Shown here one piece after another: positions 1-14,419 of a stretch of 64,000 nt of DNA (its first letter is position 1; each line of letters opens with the position of its first letter). The stretch comes from Podarcis tiliguerta. Taxonomy: Eukaryota. A program made the translations under genes and the position numbers. Location of the stretch: the NCBI GenBank assembly GCA_965153285.1, contig OZ229111.1; one strand, given 5' to 3'. The notes below the pieces were generated by a model, which saw only the letters and a list, made by a program, of their open reading frames with translations, had not been told where the DNA came from and did no database searches.

Positions 1-2039
1 AATGAACGTGTTGCATAAAAAGCCAAACCTGCATCCTGGTTTGGCAGGAATACATACATAATGGTTGAGTGTTGGTATCATAAAAGAGAGAACTTAAGTG
101 CAGAATGGCCAGTGTTAATAAGGTAAAGTATCATTTCCTGTACTTTTCTGCATTACATTTCCCTCTGAGTTTGAGATGCCGCCACCACCAACACCCCGCT
201 ACTCCCATAAGTGTGTAAACAGTCTAGGGGGGAAACAGCGGCCAGCTAAACTCAAAGCTGATTAGGGTGAGCCATGGCCTATGAGGGAATTGGCTGACCT
301 ACTCAACGTAAGAAGACTAGGGCACAGCTGAGAAAGGGAAGCTTAGGTGGAGGAAGAAGCTGACTAAGAGTCCCATTTAGCAAACACTATCAGTTGTCCA
401 GAGGAGAAAAGGAGAACCTAGGTGCTATCTGAGGTAAAACTGTTGGAATAAAGCCTCAGTAATATATACAGAACACCAGGAGGGCTGGAATTATACATTT
501 AAGGCATCTATAAGAGCTTACAAAGGTGACCTATGGGTACTATTACACATATCTCTTTAAAGCTGGACTAAGCAGTATAGTCTAGTCCAGTACTAACAAA
601 TATAATAACCGCTTCAGTTTACATGAGTTCCTTCAGAAATCCTTATTCCTGAATTTGCCCGTTTCCACCCTGATAACGAAGAAGTTATTCAATGGATTGG
701 TTCTTGTCACTACTGTACTACTGCCTGTTCAAGGGCAGCAGGCACCACTCCACACTGGTTTTCACCAGCTGGGATGGGCAGGAGTAAAGAGAGCAAGACG
801 TGGGCCGTATCATTGCAAGAGTCCCATCCACATAATCAGGTCACATAAACTGAAATCGATTCCACAAAGTATGGAAAGGCAACTGCATCGGACACCTCAA
901 CTGGTGTTGCGACAACAGTGAAATCCAAAGCACTATGGAGATGAGCACCATGCAAATTCCTCACAACATGCTGCCAAGTGCTCACCCAGCCAACACTTGT
1001 GGTACAACCAGTTTCCAGACCACCCAAAACAACTTTGCTGAACAACTCTTTGAAGCATACATTGGAAGCAGCATGTGAAGCTGCAGTGCTTAAAAAGCAC
1101 AAACACTGTGCTATGAAAATTCTTCTGGAAAAACCGGATATAGACCGAACACTTCTTTCTGCATTTGCTAATTCTAACTGTTTTGGGAGAAAGAGGAGGC
1201 ATAATTAAGGAGGGCTATTGTTTACCTGTATCCTGCTCCAGTCTTTTTAAGCTTTCCTTGGTTAAAAATATCGTTACAGTCACAGCACAAAAAAGGGACC
1301 ATCTGGCTCTCTGAATTAAATTGTGGTGTGCTTTATTTTTTGCTTTTGTATTTGTAACTTATCTTATCCTTTATAGGGAATGGAGGGGGAAGCAAAACCG
1401 TGAGATGTCATAAAGTACTCTAAAATTAGAGAGACTTCCGAGAATCCAGGTATTGACAAAGCACATAAAGCCTTCAATCTGGTGCCCTCTTGCTTAAAGG
1501 ACATGGGCCACAATCTTATGCATGCTGATGGCTGTATTTTGGCTGTGTGGATATGTAGTGCTGTCCTTGGGTGAGAACATGGCATAGCTGAGGGAGAAGT
1601 TAAAATAAGTGTGGGGAATATCAAGCCCAGCTCAGTAGCGTAGCCGGGGGTGGCCACTTACCTTTGGGGGTGGCATGCTGAAACCCAAGGTGGCATGCAA
1701 GCCCAGGCACCCCAGAGCCCAGCACACCACTCCCAAAAGCAGTGCAGCCCAGGGCTGGGCTCACAGCATGCCAAACTGCTGCATCCCCCACCCCCAGCTG
1801 CCAGAGGGCGGCCAAGAAGAATGCAACCGACCCCACAAGCGGCACTGGGCCTGCAGCTGGAGGGCCCCTGTGAGTGACGCAGCAGCTTGGGCACCCTGCA
1901 GGCCCCACACTACCCAAAAAAGCAGTGCTGGGTGGCATCTGCTCCCGCCACCTCCCCCTCAGTAGTGTGGTCTTTTGTTTGTTATCAGAGATTTTCTAAG
2001 CATTGTAGAGAGTGGGGGAGTGTGATTGTAGGTGAATGT

Positions 2040-2600
2040 AAGGACATATGAAGAGCCAATGGCCCATTTAAGTGCAGCATCCTGTTCTCACAGTAGCCAA
2101 CCAGATGCCTGTGATCCCAGTAGTTTCCAGCAATTAGTATTCAGAAGAACTGCTGCCTCCAACTATGGAGCCAGAGCATAGCCATCGTGGCTAGTAGTCG
2201 TCAATAGCTCTCTCCTCCTCCTAATCCTCTTTAGGTTGGTGGCCATCACGGCATCTTTTGGGAGCAAGTTCCATAGTTTAACTATGTGCTGCATGAAGAA
2301 ATACTTTATTTTATCAGTCCTGAATCTTCCAGCATTCAGTTTCCACAAGTTCCAGTGCAGACTTCCTCAACCTCGGCCCTCCAGATGTTTTTGGCCTACA
2401 ACTCCCATGATCCCTAGCTAGCAGGACCAGTGGTCAGGGATGCTGGGAATTGTAGTCTGGAGGGCCGAGTTTGAGGAAGCCTGTTCTAGTGTTATCAGAG
2501 AGAGAGAAAAACTTTTCTCTATCCATTTTCTCAATGCCATGCATAATTTCATAAACTTCCATCATGTCACTGCTTCTCTAAACTAAAAAGTCCCAAAAGC
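2040..2600 (-). mobile_element. CR1 LINE 3' fragment
   Basis: ORF 2163-2348 (KLNAGRFRTDKIKYFFMQHIVKLWNLLPKDAVMA) is typical of the CR1 ORF2 C-terminus. Interrupted by the MITE at 2358. Confidence 0.8.
2358..2483. mobile_element. hAT-type MITE (family A, palindromic), nested in CR1
   Basis: Terminal inverted repeats (TIRs) cagacttcctcaacctcggccctccaga / tctggagggccgagtttgaggaagcctg. 8-bp TSD ttccagtg/ttctagtg. Confidence 0.88.
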
Positions 2601-3379
2601 TTAACAAGCAGTCAACTATTGATTTTAACTAGTTTGTTTTTATTACTATGTATTTCATCATGATGTTTTAAATGTTGTAAAGCTGCCTTGAATCCCAACC
2701 TAGGAGAAGGGTGGAATATAAATATACTAAATAAATAATAAAAAAAGCCTTTGGTTGCTATCCTATGCACATGTACCTGAGCATAAACACCATGGAATGC
2801 AGTGACACTTATTTATGAGTGAGCATCCTTTCTCTAAATGAAAGCAATGCTTTTCACTTGTGTTTCTAGAGTGTCAACCTCATCTCGTGTTGCTTTCGTA
2901 CACACAGAAATAAATGTATAAACATAGCAGGAGTTTAATGTGTGTTTGTGAATTTTACCTTGTGCGTGTGTGTGTGTTTGCATTTGGTGTTCATAAAAAG
3001 ATGAACGTGTCTTATAAGAAAAACTGTACACACAGATATGGTACTCCTACACATACTATGCCGTGCTAAAATGTTTGTAAACAGGAGCTACCTCACCAAA
3101 ATGCTACTCAAAGAAATCACTATGACAATATATAACACATTTAAGACTTCAGTTCCTTCCTCCATAGGAAGCTGATTAGACCAAACAGTGAGGCATTACT
3201 GTTCCATCAGTAAAGAGTATCTTTGATTCTATCTCACTAGAAAGCCATGGTGTCTGAGACTGTCCCCGTTCAAACTCAAAGCTGAACGTTCACAAAAGCT
3301 ACCCAGCTTTGCCATCTGGAGCTAATTGACAAAAGGGTAATAAAAGCAACCTGATTCTAAGGATTTGATGAAGAGGAAG

Positions 3380-3740
3380 GACATAAAGAGTACAAAACAG
3401 CCCTGCTGATCAGACCAAAAGTCCAAGGTCCATGCAGGCTAGCCTCCTGTTATCCCAGTAACCAATCAGATGCTTCCAGGAAGCCTACAACCAGAGCATG
3501 AAGGCAGCAGTCCTATTGCACTCCAGCTCCCTAGCAACTAGCATTATTCAATGGCATACTGCTTCTAAACTTGGGAGGTTCCATATGACCATGCTTACTT
3601 ACTGGTCATTGATAGGTTATCTAAGCTAGTAGTTGGCACCACAGCATGTGGCACAAAGTTTCAAAAGTTCGTTGTGAACATAATGAAGAAGCACTTTCTT
3701 TCGTATCTGTCCAGAATTTACTGCCAATCAATTGTATTGG
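3380..3740 (-). mobile_element. CR1 LINE 3' fragment
   Basis: Diverged paralog of 2040-2600; appears to continue at ~4205-4350. Confidence 0.6.
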
Positions 3741-3908
3741 ATTACCATTCTCTCCCTAGCTTACTCAAATCTCCTCTCAGCGAAGCTCAGTTAAGAAATA
3801 TGGATACAGAAAAGTCAGCCATAGGTATATATTTTATATTGCATATGTCCAAGTTAAGATTTTTTGCTGCTTATATGTTTACTATAACCTGTATTCCAGG
3901 TTTGAATA

Positions 3909-4150
3909 CAGTGGTACCTCGGGTTGCATACGCTTCAGGTTACATAAGCTTCAGGTTACAGACTCCGCTAACCCAGAAATAGTACCTTGGGTTAAGAACT
4001 TTGCTTCAGGATGAGAACAGAAATTGTGCTCCGGTGGCGCAGCACCAGCGGGAGGCCCCATTAGCTAAAGTGGTGCTTCAGGTTAAGAACAGTTTCAGGT
4101 TAAGAACGGACCTCCGGAACAAATTAAGTACTTAACCCGAGATACCACTG
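3909..4150 (+). mobile_element. Tc1/mariner (Tigger/pogo-like) MITE, family D
   Basis: TA|CAGTGGTACCTCGGGTT...AACCCGAGATACCACTG|TA. Confidence 0.9.
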
Positions 4151-5368
4151 TATGTTTGTTTTGTATAGTTCTTAAAAACTAATGAAATAATGTTACCCAA
4201 AAAATTGCATTGGATGACCCTATAAAAGAGAAATTTCTTTATCCATGTTGTCCAGACTTTGCATACAATTTATGAGCTTCTACCATGTCACTCTCTTGTT
4301 CACTTTAGTCCTAAATTAAAATCCCCACCCCCAAAGCCTTTCCTTTAAAGGAAAGGACCAAGCCAAAATATGTAGACTGCTATGCATATTAGCAGTGCTA
4401 TATGTACTGCATGTGTAACAGTGTTAATACCACACATTGTATATATCTTTTAGTCTTGATATATCATCAACATTGTTGTAATATTTTTCTTCCAATGTAA
4501 AAAATTGCAAGCACACATATTTTTAGTAACACAGAAGTGTTCTTATTGAAGCCATTCTTCCAGATTTTTTAAAAAAGTGAGTTATGGAGGTGGCACAACA
4601 TACAAAAGAATTACCTCAAACAGAGAAGTCTATAAAGAAAAATCATCCTTAATATATGTTTTCCTTCAGGCAGTATGTGAATATTGGCTGGAATCAATAG
4701 CAGTAATTGGTCAAACTCAATGGAAATGCTGTTTTCACAACAATTCTTCTAGATAAAAACAAAGTAATCAGTTTTGGATGGTCACAGCATACAAAAGAAT
4801 GATATCCAGTAAACCATTTTTGAAGAAAAAATATCCTTAATATATGCTTCCCTCGGGCTGTGTGTGTTGCCTGGGAACAACAGCACTTAAGAGTCTACAC
4901 ACGCTCACCTGGCTGATTATCTGTGTGTGGTAAAGGAGCAGGAATGTTCACCCATTGTATGTGATGAGTAGTGTGTGGTATAAGTCTGCAGACATGTAGT
5001 CTTGATTGTGCAATATGTCCCTCTTTTCACTGAGGGCTTCTTTTACTTGAGCCTTTATGCATAAGGGCCACTCTACCACCATTACCTTGTTAGATTTATG
5101 ACTGGACTGAATTTAATCATATGGATTCCTGGCTGTTTTAAACTATGTTTTTATGCCACAGTGTGATGCAGAGTTCTGATTGTAGAATGTGTGCTTCTAA
5201 TTTAAAATTTTGGCAATATGTAAAATAGATAATTAATACTAAATGGATGAAGCACAAGCAGCATCTCAGGAGTTTATATTATTTGTCAACAATGGATATT
5301 AGCAAGAATTATTATATTGTTTATGAGTTTGTGGGTGCCAGACACCTATAATCCCCGGGGCCAGCATG

Positions 5369-5849
5369 TGTTAGAATTTAATCAAGCAGGCCTCTTGAAC
5401 CCCTGGATTCAGCAAGTCCTAAAAGACAAATCAGGCTAGCTTCCTCATGAGGTAATCACCTAGGGTGATGGGTCCCCATTAAGAAAGCAATGGAGAGAAG
5501 GCTTCTCTTCCAGATGGCTAATGGGTGGGGCCCCTCCTGCAGCTCTTAGATAAAAGAACAAAGCTGGAGTTGATGGACAGAGTTTGCTGTAATGTGACCT
5601 AGAAGTAATGTTGCAAGCTGGAAAGCCAGGGAGGCAAAGAATGATGTTTGATTTCTGTTTGAATTCAAGGCTGTGGCTATGACAGAAGCAAGGTGATTAT
5701 GCTGTGAATGCCTCCATTGTAGGCCCAGCTTATATATACATGTGTGTGTAAATAAACCATATATCATAAAGACACCATATTCTCTGCTGTACCTTATTCC
5801 CAAAAGAAAACATGAACCCAGGGTAAGTGCCTGGAACCGGCATGTAACA
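5369..5849 (+). mobile_element. Solo LTR (Gypsy-like), 481 bp
   Basis: TGTTA...TAACA termini; 5-bp TSD gcatg/gcatc; TATA-like GATAAAA (~5549) and AATAAA (~5751). Confidence 0.75.
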
Positions 5850-5959
5850 GCATCCTACCCAGAACTGCATTTGATGTCCCACTACTAGTGATTACTCAGC
5901 AATGCTTATGACAGGGGTGGCTAGCTTTGGCTCCACAAGAGGCTTGTGTCCCACTGCTT

Positions 5960-6411
5960 GCAGATATCTGCCTGACGCCCAAACCAGGTCGGGGAACAGC
6001 GGGATGGTGGCGCTGCGCCTCCCCGCTGTCCCCCGAGCTTGCGGGGATGGTGGAGGGGAGAAGCGCGCTTCTCCCCACCGCCAACATTCAGACCATGGCG
6101 AGGGACAGCGGGAAGGCGCGCTGCGCCTCCCTGTTGTCCCCCAAGCTTGTGGGGCTGGCGGCGGGGAGAAGCATGCTTCTCCCCGTCACCAGCCCCCAAA
6201 CCAGGTCAGGGAACCGAAGCCCGGGGCGCTCTGTGCAGCGCGCCCCAGGCTTTGAGATGCAGGCTGCTATCAGCAAGCCTAGGGAGCCCGACACGGGCTC
6301 CCAAGGCTTGCTGAGAGCTTCCTGAAGCCTGCATTCGCCCATAGGATGCACACACATTCCCCCTTCATTTTTGGAGGGGGAAAAGTGCGTCCTATAGGGC
6401 GAAAAATACGG
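5960..6411. mobile_element. Truncated pogo/Tigger-like non-autonomous DNA transposon with internal ~108-bp duplication
   Basis: Ends in GTGCGTCCTATAGGGCGAAAAATACGG|TA, a typical TIR. GC-rich internal repeats at ~6010 and ~6118. The other TIR was not found. Confidence 0.65.
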
Positions 6412-7049
6412 TAGCTACTCCAGATAAAATAATTTATACAATCACCAATTACTGCAGTTGTGAACATTCATTGTGCTTGTTTTGCATCTGTTTTTAAGCT
6501 CTGCTTGAATGGTCTCAGACTGTACTTTTTGCACTCCATTGCCACCTGACGCCAGCTTCTCCATTTGTTTCCTTTACATCTCTGTGCGTATGTGAATGCC
6601 AGCTGAGGGTTAGCCTGAGTTGTAGCCTACAGAGGCTTACACCATAGAAAATACATTACTCTTGAAGGTATCACAAACCACTTCCTTTTTATAATGGTAA
6701 AATTTTGGATTCTGTACCTGACAAGAGAGGAAATTCTAAGAATTTGTGTAAACAGCCATTTAATTTCACAACCCTTCAGAATTTTTCACATCAAGAATAA
6801 GGCTATGAAGAGAACTAGTCTTCCTGCAGAGCTTTGGGTTTATTTTTATTCTCCTCTGTAGTGCATTGGTGTGTTGTTTTTTTCTTGTTTTCTTGTTGAA
6901 TCCAGGAACCAAATAATCTCAGCTAATATCCAAGTTCTCCTCACCTTAGTTCTATAAGATTTGATTCCACTGGCTATGCTCATAACAACGCACAGGCTGA
7001 AGCCACAAACAGATTTATTATGACTCTTCAAAACTACATCTAATAAATT

Positions 7050-7125
7050 GAGTTCTAGTCCATGAAGGCTTCTGCCACAGTAAATCCAATGGTCCTTAAA
7101 GAGCCACCAGATTCTTTGTTATCCC
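7050..7125 (+). mobile_element. Degenerate Penelope-like fragment
   Basis: gagttctagtccatgaaggcttctgccacagtaaatccaatggtccttaaagagccaccagattctttgtt parallels the GAAAGCTTATGCC...ttaaggtgccac layout. Confidence 0.4.
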
Positions 7126-9108
7126 CTGTAGTTGATGACATACATTAAAAAGCTTTTTGCATATAAGTTCCATTGAAATTAATGGGGCTTGCACAAAAGC
7201 ATGTTTTAGCAGACGTTCTTGGTAGATTATGCTGTGCATTTTTTCCCTTAAAAATAAACAAGTAGCAAGGGAAGGCTTCCATGGAATGTACTTTCTGAGC
7301 TGCCACTTCAAATAAACAGAGAACTTTAAAAGGTTTAACCAAAACAAATTTCTTAGAATGTGTGATGTAATCAGATCTTCTCCAAAATGCCTCATTGCCT
7401 TTAGGAGTTAGTTTTGAGTTTTTAAACTTATATTATGTTCACCCAGAGAAATGTAACAACTTAGGTCCTCTAAGCATGGGGGCGTTTTGCATCTTAAAAT
7501 GGTAGACTGGCTATTTTTTAAAATAATATTACAGATTTGAGCATGTATCATGCAGATATATTTTGGCATGATTTTTTTTTTTAATTAAGAGTCTGCTGCA
7601 CTTGCAGTGTCCTTCCTTTCTATTAATTACAGCCAAAGTCAATCTGTTAGTGCCAAGAGGCTCAGGCTCTGAATGCTTCTAGAGGGAAGATGGTTGCGCA
7701 AATACCAGGAAGTCGAACAAGCTCACTTGCCAAGAACCAGTTGTAAGCACTTTGTGGACTGGCACAAGTCCACAGACAAGTGGTTCAAAGCCACAGTAGT
7801 AATGCATCCAGCAGTGATTTTATTATCATTAATATACTATGCATAAGCAGGAACTTCACTGTTGCATACCCTGTTATATGAATGTTTCCCAAATGGTCCC
7901 TTGATATATATTTTAAAAACTGAATTAAATGTCAGTTCCTTGTTATTTTAGAAAGTCTTCTTTATACAGGGATTCTACCAAAGTCAATTATGGTAACTAC
8001 TAATTGATAGAGAAAACAGCACTGATTCTGAACAAGCATGATTTTACATCTATATTTTAAAGTGGTCCTTTCTCTTCCTTGCCAATAATCTTAATGGCAT
8101 GTGTAGTTCAGAACCCTGAATTAGAAACTCAATTCACCACTTGAGTGATATTGTTGCAAAAAAATAAAAACCTTTGTAGTCGAAAACGTGCATAAGAAAA
8201 TTACTGACTTACATAGCCTTAAAATCTATCAGAACAAAGCTGACTTGCAGCTGCGAGCGTCTACAGCCGGTTAGTAGTGGACAAAAACACCATCCACAAC
8301 ACATGGAAGAGTGATATAAACCAGACAAATAAGCAGTGGAGGAGCAACATTAGGTGTGGAAGGAAAGGTGGGTGCTGCTGCTTCCTTTAATAAAAGCTAC
8401 TGTTCTTTTAAGAAACAATTGTGGGCTAGTTTAAACAGCCATATTCATTGCTTGATCTCTCAATAATTAATTACACAACACTTTTATGATTCTCAGCCAA
8501 ATGTGTGAACTGATTCCTTTGAGAAGCATTGTGTTGTGTTTGAATTGCCTGTTAACTAAGCCAGAGTACATGTAATTGAAATAATCACTTATTCTTCCCC
8601 ACCTACCCTTGTCTCCACTTCCACCTTCCTAAATAAATAACAAGGTTCAATTAAACATTTAACCACACCTGATGTGACAGCCAGCAAGTGATTAATATTC
8701 AAATGTGAACAAGCCCGAATCTTAATGAGTCCATGGTGCCTCAATAAAACAGAAGCCGCAGTACTCTAAACAGCTGGATAAAATTTACAGGAGATCTGCC
8801 ATTAAACTAGACTGAAGTTTCTTGGGTATATGACTTGATCATTTTTACAAATTCTTTGGTATAGTGCCAACATAAGTGTATTTGGTTCTTCAGAGAAGCA
8901 GAATCTTGTTAATATGCACCAGTAGTTTTACAAACTCTGCTCTTAGGAGCCTTGGGGTTCTCTGGAAATTTATGGGTGGGAAGAGAGAGCTGAAAGGTCT
9001 AGGTGACAGACAAGGTTCTGTGTGGAGTCAGTGTGGCCAATATCATTTTTTTTGTGTGGCAGTGAAGTTTGACCTTGTCCTGATGCTACACTAGTGCAAC
9101 ATCTAGAG

Positions 9109-9244
9109 CAGGCTTCCTGAACCTGGGCCCTCCAGATGTTTTGAGACTACAGTTCCCATCATCCCTGACCACTGGTCCTGCTAGCTAAGGATAATGGGAG
9201 TTGCAGGCCAAAAACATCTGGAGGGCTGAGGTTGCGGAAGGCTG
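9109..9244. mobile_element. hAT-type MITE (family A)
   Basis: Same long TIRs; perfect 8-bp TSD atctagag. Confidence 0.9.
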
Positions 9245-12200
9245 ATCTAGAGGCACCTTGACTTAATGGTGGAATGCCACTCATCAGGACACAATGCACG
9301 GGGACTTCTGAATGATCTTATGCAGTTATTTTCCAAGACAGCAACTCCTAAGATCAAGGAATTAATCATTTTATAAAACAAGTTTTCAAGATTCATACAC
9401 TGAGCCCAGGTACATTTTGCAACAGTCATATAAACCAAGATGCAGTGGTAAAAATCTCCTTCTCAAACAGTTAGTTGATGTATTTTAGACAGTTATTCCT
9501 GGGACACAATAACTTTGCCCCCCACCCCAGCCTTTATTTACTAAAAGTTGTTTCTTCTCCATTAATAGCCATATGAAAAACCTACACTACATTACTAACT
9601 CAATTCCTTTAAGGAAAAAAAGAGGGAATTTAACTATATAAACGTGGACATTCATTAATGTTCAAAAATATTAATGCTATGTTTCCCATTGCCTTTTTAG
9701 GCTAATCCCAATAGTTACAAAAATAAAAGAATATTACAATGTCAGTAAATAATATTTTAACAGAGTCTTGAGAAAAAGAAGTGAAAACAGTAAACAAAAC
9801 ATGTTTATGACAGTATGTCAACTACAAAGGCTTTTTCATCATTTTGTATCACTTAAACTTTGCAAACTGTCTAGAACTGTTTATATTCTTTCAAACAGTT
9901 GGGTACAAAGCTTATGAGTTTTCTCTTGATCTTGAAACAAGAAAAGTTTTAAACCTCTCAAAGAGAATTGAAATGTCAGAAGTTTAATAACTAGAGTGAA
10001 GCGAAGTCTTTAAAAATAACCAAGTATTTATATACTTGGTCAAATGCTTACATTTAAACCACAATCCTAGCATATCTGCTTGAAGTAAGCCCTGTTCAAC
10101 TCTATGAGTAAACCTGAATCTGTAATACGTATGGTTAGTCACATCTATGTGAGAGATCCTTGCTATTCCTCTCCCTTTCTCCTTAACATTGGCAGGTCAC
10201 AATGCTGGAGAATCTCTCCTCCTATAAGACTCTGAAAAGGCTCAGGACTCCTCTTAGAACCTAGACCTGCCACCCTCTATGTCACCATGGCATCCTAATT
10301 AATAGTCCTGAGCCTTTTCCTCAGACTTTTTTCTCCTCTACCTGCCCTGCCCTTCAGGCTCCTGTAATTAAACTCAACTGCTTACTCTCCCCTGTGCCTT
10401 CAGCTACTCTGCTGCAAGTTCGATGTCTTCTGAGAACCCATCTACACATCCGTTTGCCCTGCTTCCATTTCCCTCAGCAAAATCCACAAACAGCAAGTGG
10501 GTTTTCCACAGATTGCCATTTGTTCTGATTTAGCACTAAAGATTGGTGTTCTGATTTTTAGTGCTAAAGATTGGTTTTTCTGTGAGAAAGTAGTGGGGAA
10601 AAGGCAAAACCACTCAGACCTGTGCTCTCTAGTCATAAGCAAAAGTGTGGACAAGCCCTGAGTTTTCCTCTTAGTCAGCTCTCTAGATCTCTCTTAGGCC
10701 CTGTTTTCATCCCATACAAATTTACCTCTTTTTCTTACGTTCTCATAGAAGGTAGGAACTATTTTGTCACTGTTTTGTTTCCTGAGCAATTGGAACAATT
10801 GTGCACTTGGTGTAGCATCACACCAGATCAAGAAGTTCACGCCAGAGTCTTCACTGGTACTAGAGAAATACGATATAGGTTGTTTCTTGTTGTGCTGGAA
10901 GAGGGAGGAATGCTGAATACCCTCAGATGGAAATCTCTGCTAGGACTAATTGTCCATTTACATTTTAATAGAGCAAAATATAGTAAGAAATAAAAGAGGC
11001 AATAAAATACGAGCAAAACCAATAGAATAATTTAATGTGATAGGCACACCTGTTGTGTTAAACAAAGCTCTTTAATATTCAGTGTAATATTTGTCAGCTT
11101 GAGTATTGGGACAGATTCAGCATTTGTCCTGATTCTGCCAATGTATTGACTCTCTATTCCTTTCAGGCCTTGTCAGCTTTTTCCTACTCAGGAGATTCCT
11201 CCATCTTGGTGCCAGCTGCAGCTCTAGTCCTCTGAGAAAGGCAAATCTCTCTCCCCACAGCCAATCATTTCCTGTCCATCCCAATCACCTCCTGGGCAGA
11301 CCACAAAATTTGGAGAATGACAGAGCAGCCATTGTGTGTGTGAAAGAGAGAGCACACTCACTCACCCACAAGAGTTCTTCACAAATGTGTAGCTATGCCT
11401 CTCTGCAGAGCTGCCACAAGAGACGATCTGAATGAAGCCCACAGTCCACTTGTGGTCTTTGGACCACACTTTAGTAAGCCCTACAGCATGGTTCAAGCAA
11501 GAAGCAAGGAGCACCATGCCAGAAGCGCATTCAGCATGAGGAATTTTATTTAGTAAAAAGAAATAGAGGTAGCCGTAGCAAGTAAGCTGGGCCGCAGAAA
11601 TAAAAGCAATAAATTGCTTCACATGGGATGTTGTGAGAATCCTTACCACATTTCAAAGTATTCTGCATTCCACACACAAATAAGAATTAGGCCACTAAAG
11701 GTTTCTATTTTTATTTTTAAAAAATTCCAGCATATAGTTTTCAAACAAATGCTTCCATGCAGTGTATCTGGCACCTTTCCCAGAGGTGTATTTAGTAGGT
11801 CACCTGTGTGCCACTCCACATATCATTTATGGCTGAAACCAAGGGAGGCCCAGGGGTCAGCCACAAATCCATGCCTTTGAATGCTACTGAGTAGGATCCC
11901 TCTGATGTTCTTGATAACATATTATTTCAATTTACACCAGCCTATGATTAAAACATGATTATATAATTGGGCTTCGGCTAATTGACTTGGATACACCATC
12001 CACAAAATATACCAGTAAAAATAGCACACACATTTTACTTTGCTGAACTGTAGTGGAATGCTGCAGCAGCTGCTATCTATTAAGCCACTCAATTATCTTG
12101 AATAGATACTGAAAACACAGTAATAAAAATGACAAAATCTTCCTTTTTGGGGGGTTTCTGCTTGGGTTTCTTAAATGAGTGGTGAGTAGTATATAGAGTA

Positions 12201-14192
12201 TCAACCCACTCATGCCTCTTGTTACTTCAGTCTGAAGTAAATACCAAGGAAGCAAATTAAGAAGAGATTGCTAGAAAGAGGACCTATATGTATTTACAAG
12301 TGATGCAGATGCATGGTAAAATGGTTGCCTGTACAACCAAATTCAAATAGGGCCATAAAGCTAAACGGAGCACTGGACAGTATGAACTTGGTTCTAAATC
12401 TCTTCAATATTTGATGTTTGCTATCATTGTCACTTGTGAAATGGCCTTCAAGCTCCAGATCCTGGTAGTACAGTTAAAGGAAAAGGAAATAGCATTATGG
12501 AGTCATGGGGACAAGTGAGTAAAACTTGCTTGCAAGGAGATCTGACAGTGAATGGGAGTCCAGGTAAAAGGACAGGAACTGAAATCTGATAGGATGGCAG
12601 GCAGTTATGTATAATTAAAGTAAGGAGGGTTATGGAACAAAAAGTCTCATCATAAGCAGAATGTCAGTTAAATTGGCCACATTGAAGCTATGCCCACATA
12701 TAGCTTTTGGTGGGGGCACACAAAACAGGTCAACCTTCAACCCTCCTAGAACTCTATACAAATGTTAGAATAGTGGCCCTTAGCTCAAGAGTGTAGTAGC
12801 TTCATTATAACACTTCCCCCTGAGGACCACTACATCCAGGTGTGGCCCTATGTCTTTCTAATGTATAAGAAGGCCAAGAGGGTAATCCTAAATGGGCAAC
12901 GGCAGCAGCTGAATGGTGAATAATCTGCCACTTTCAAAACACTGCCAGCTTGCAAGAGACAGGGACATTTTAAAAAGTTAACTTTAAAGTTCGCTCATTT
13001 CAACGGCACTACTCTGAGGATGACTAACATTGGGTATCATCCCTTGAAAGCAAGCTTTCTACTGATGTAAGGGCAAATCCTAAATAATCCAAGTAGAAAA
13101 GTGTGAGCTTTCCCAATAACTGATAATTTAAAAAGAGAACCAGAATAATTGGAACATGTAACTCCTCTCCACACTTTGCAAAAACTCAGGAAGCAAAGCT
13201 GGACTGGTGATCGATTCAACTGAAATTTGGTGGAAGTCTGCTTTGCTGGAAGGTTGCAACATGGATGCCATGGAAGAATTCATTGTCAGGACTTGGGATC
13301 ATAAGAGCAGGTAAACTGGACAGACAAATTGCTGTTCTAGGCCACTGAATGCATTCAGATGATGAGGGAAGTTTGTGTTTACTGTAATTCTTAGTCAACA
13401 TTCTTTCTAGGGACTTAAAGCGGAACATGTAACTTTTACCACTGTGGATTTAATTCAACAAAACAAAAAAAACCGTCCCTAAGAGGCTCACATGATAATG
13501 TTATTATGTAATACAGAATGAAAATAAGGGTGTTCTACAAATAATGTGAGGCCTCAAGTTCTACCAGTGGCTATAAATTATTATTTAGATTGCTATTTTA
13601 AAAGGGAGATTTATTTATTATTTCCTTCCCCCTGCAAATACATTTCATTCTAAATCACTTGCAAACCCTAGCAACTTTGGAGCTTACATTATTGCTACTG
13701 TTTAATAATGCTGTTTATTTTACTTAGATACAGGGGTACAGAAATCTGGCTTTAAAACTGGGGCCAATGACTGGAGCCCAGTTACTGGAGACAAGCCAGT
13801 CTGGAGACAAAGCCAGTCTCTGCTCTTACCATGTGCCTTTTGTCCTTCCTTCCTTCCTTTAATTTCAGAGTTAAACTTCAGCCGTGAGAAGATAAGGCGT
13901 AGTGGTTGAGTGGCTATGAGCATATATAGAGGAATGAAAAGGTTAAGGAGTCATGAGGAAGGAAATCTGACTACACCAGTGAGAAGATACTTCTGCATCT
14001 CAATCTTGAAGGAAAAAAAGACTATTAAAATATTGTGCAACATTAATAAATAGGTAATATAATACTTCAGATTGCATGTGATGAACAAAGCAATCCTAAC
14101 TACAAGAATCTGACGCTGATGGCGTAAATTATGGGGCTTAATTTAGGAGGAATTTGACTTGCACCACCTTTTTGGCCAGCTTAGTTCCACAG

Positions 14193-14419
14193 CATGGGTA
14201 GGCAAACTAAGGCCCAATCGCCTTCTAAATCCAGCCTGCGGACGGTCCGGGAATCAGCGTGTTTTTACATGAGTAGAATGTGTGCTTTTATTTAAAATGC
14301 ATCTCTGGGTTATTTGGGGCATAGGAATTCGTTTTTGTTTTCCAAAATATAGTCTGGCCCCCCACAAGGTCTGAGGGACAGTGGACCAGCCCCCTGCTGA
14401 AAAGGTTTGCTGACCTCTG
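14193..14419 (+). mobile_element. hAT-type MITE (family B)
   Basis: catgggtaggcaaact...ggtttgctgacctctg; perfect TSD ttccacag. Confidence 0.9.

Noticed and set aside
655-1208. Cluster of 76-89 aa ORFs as a possible nested gene or pseudogene
   Set aside because: No recognisable homology, stops in all frames, and no supporting exon structure.
1557-1577. REST/RE1 site
   Set aside because: Only one half-site (GCTGTCC) matches; the other half has four mismatches.
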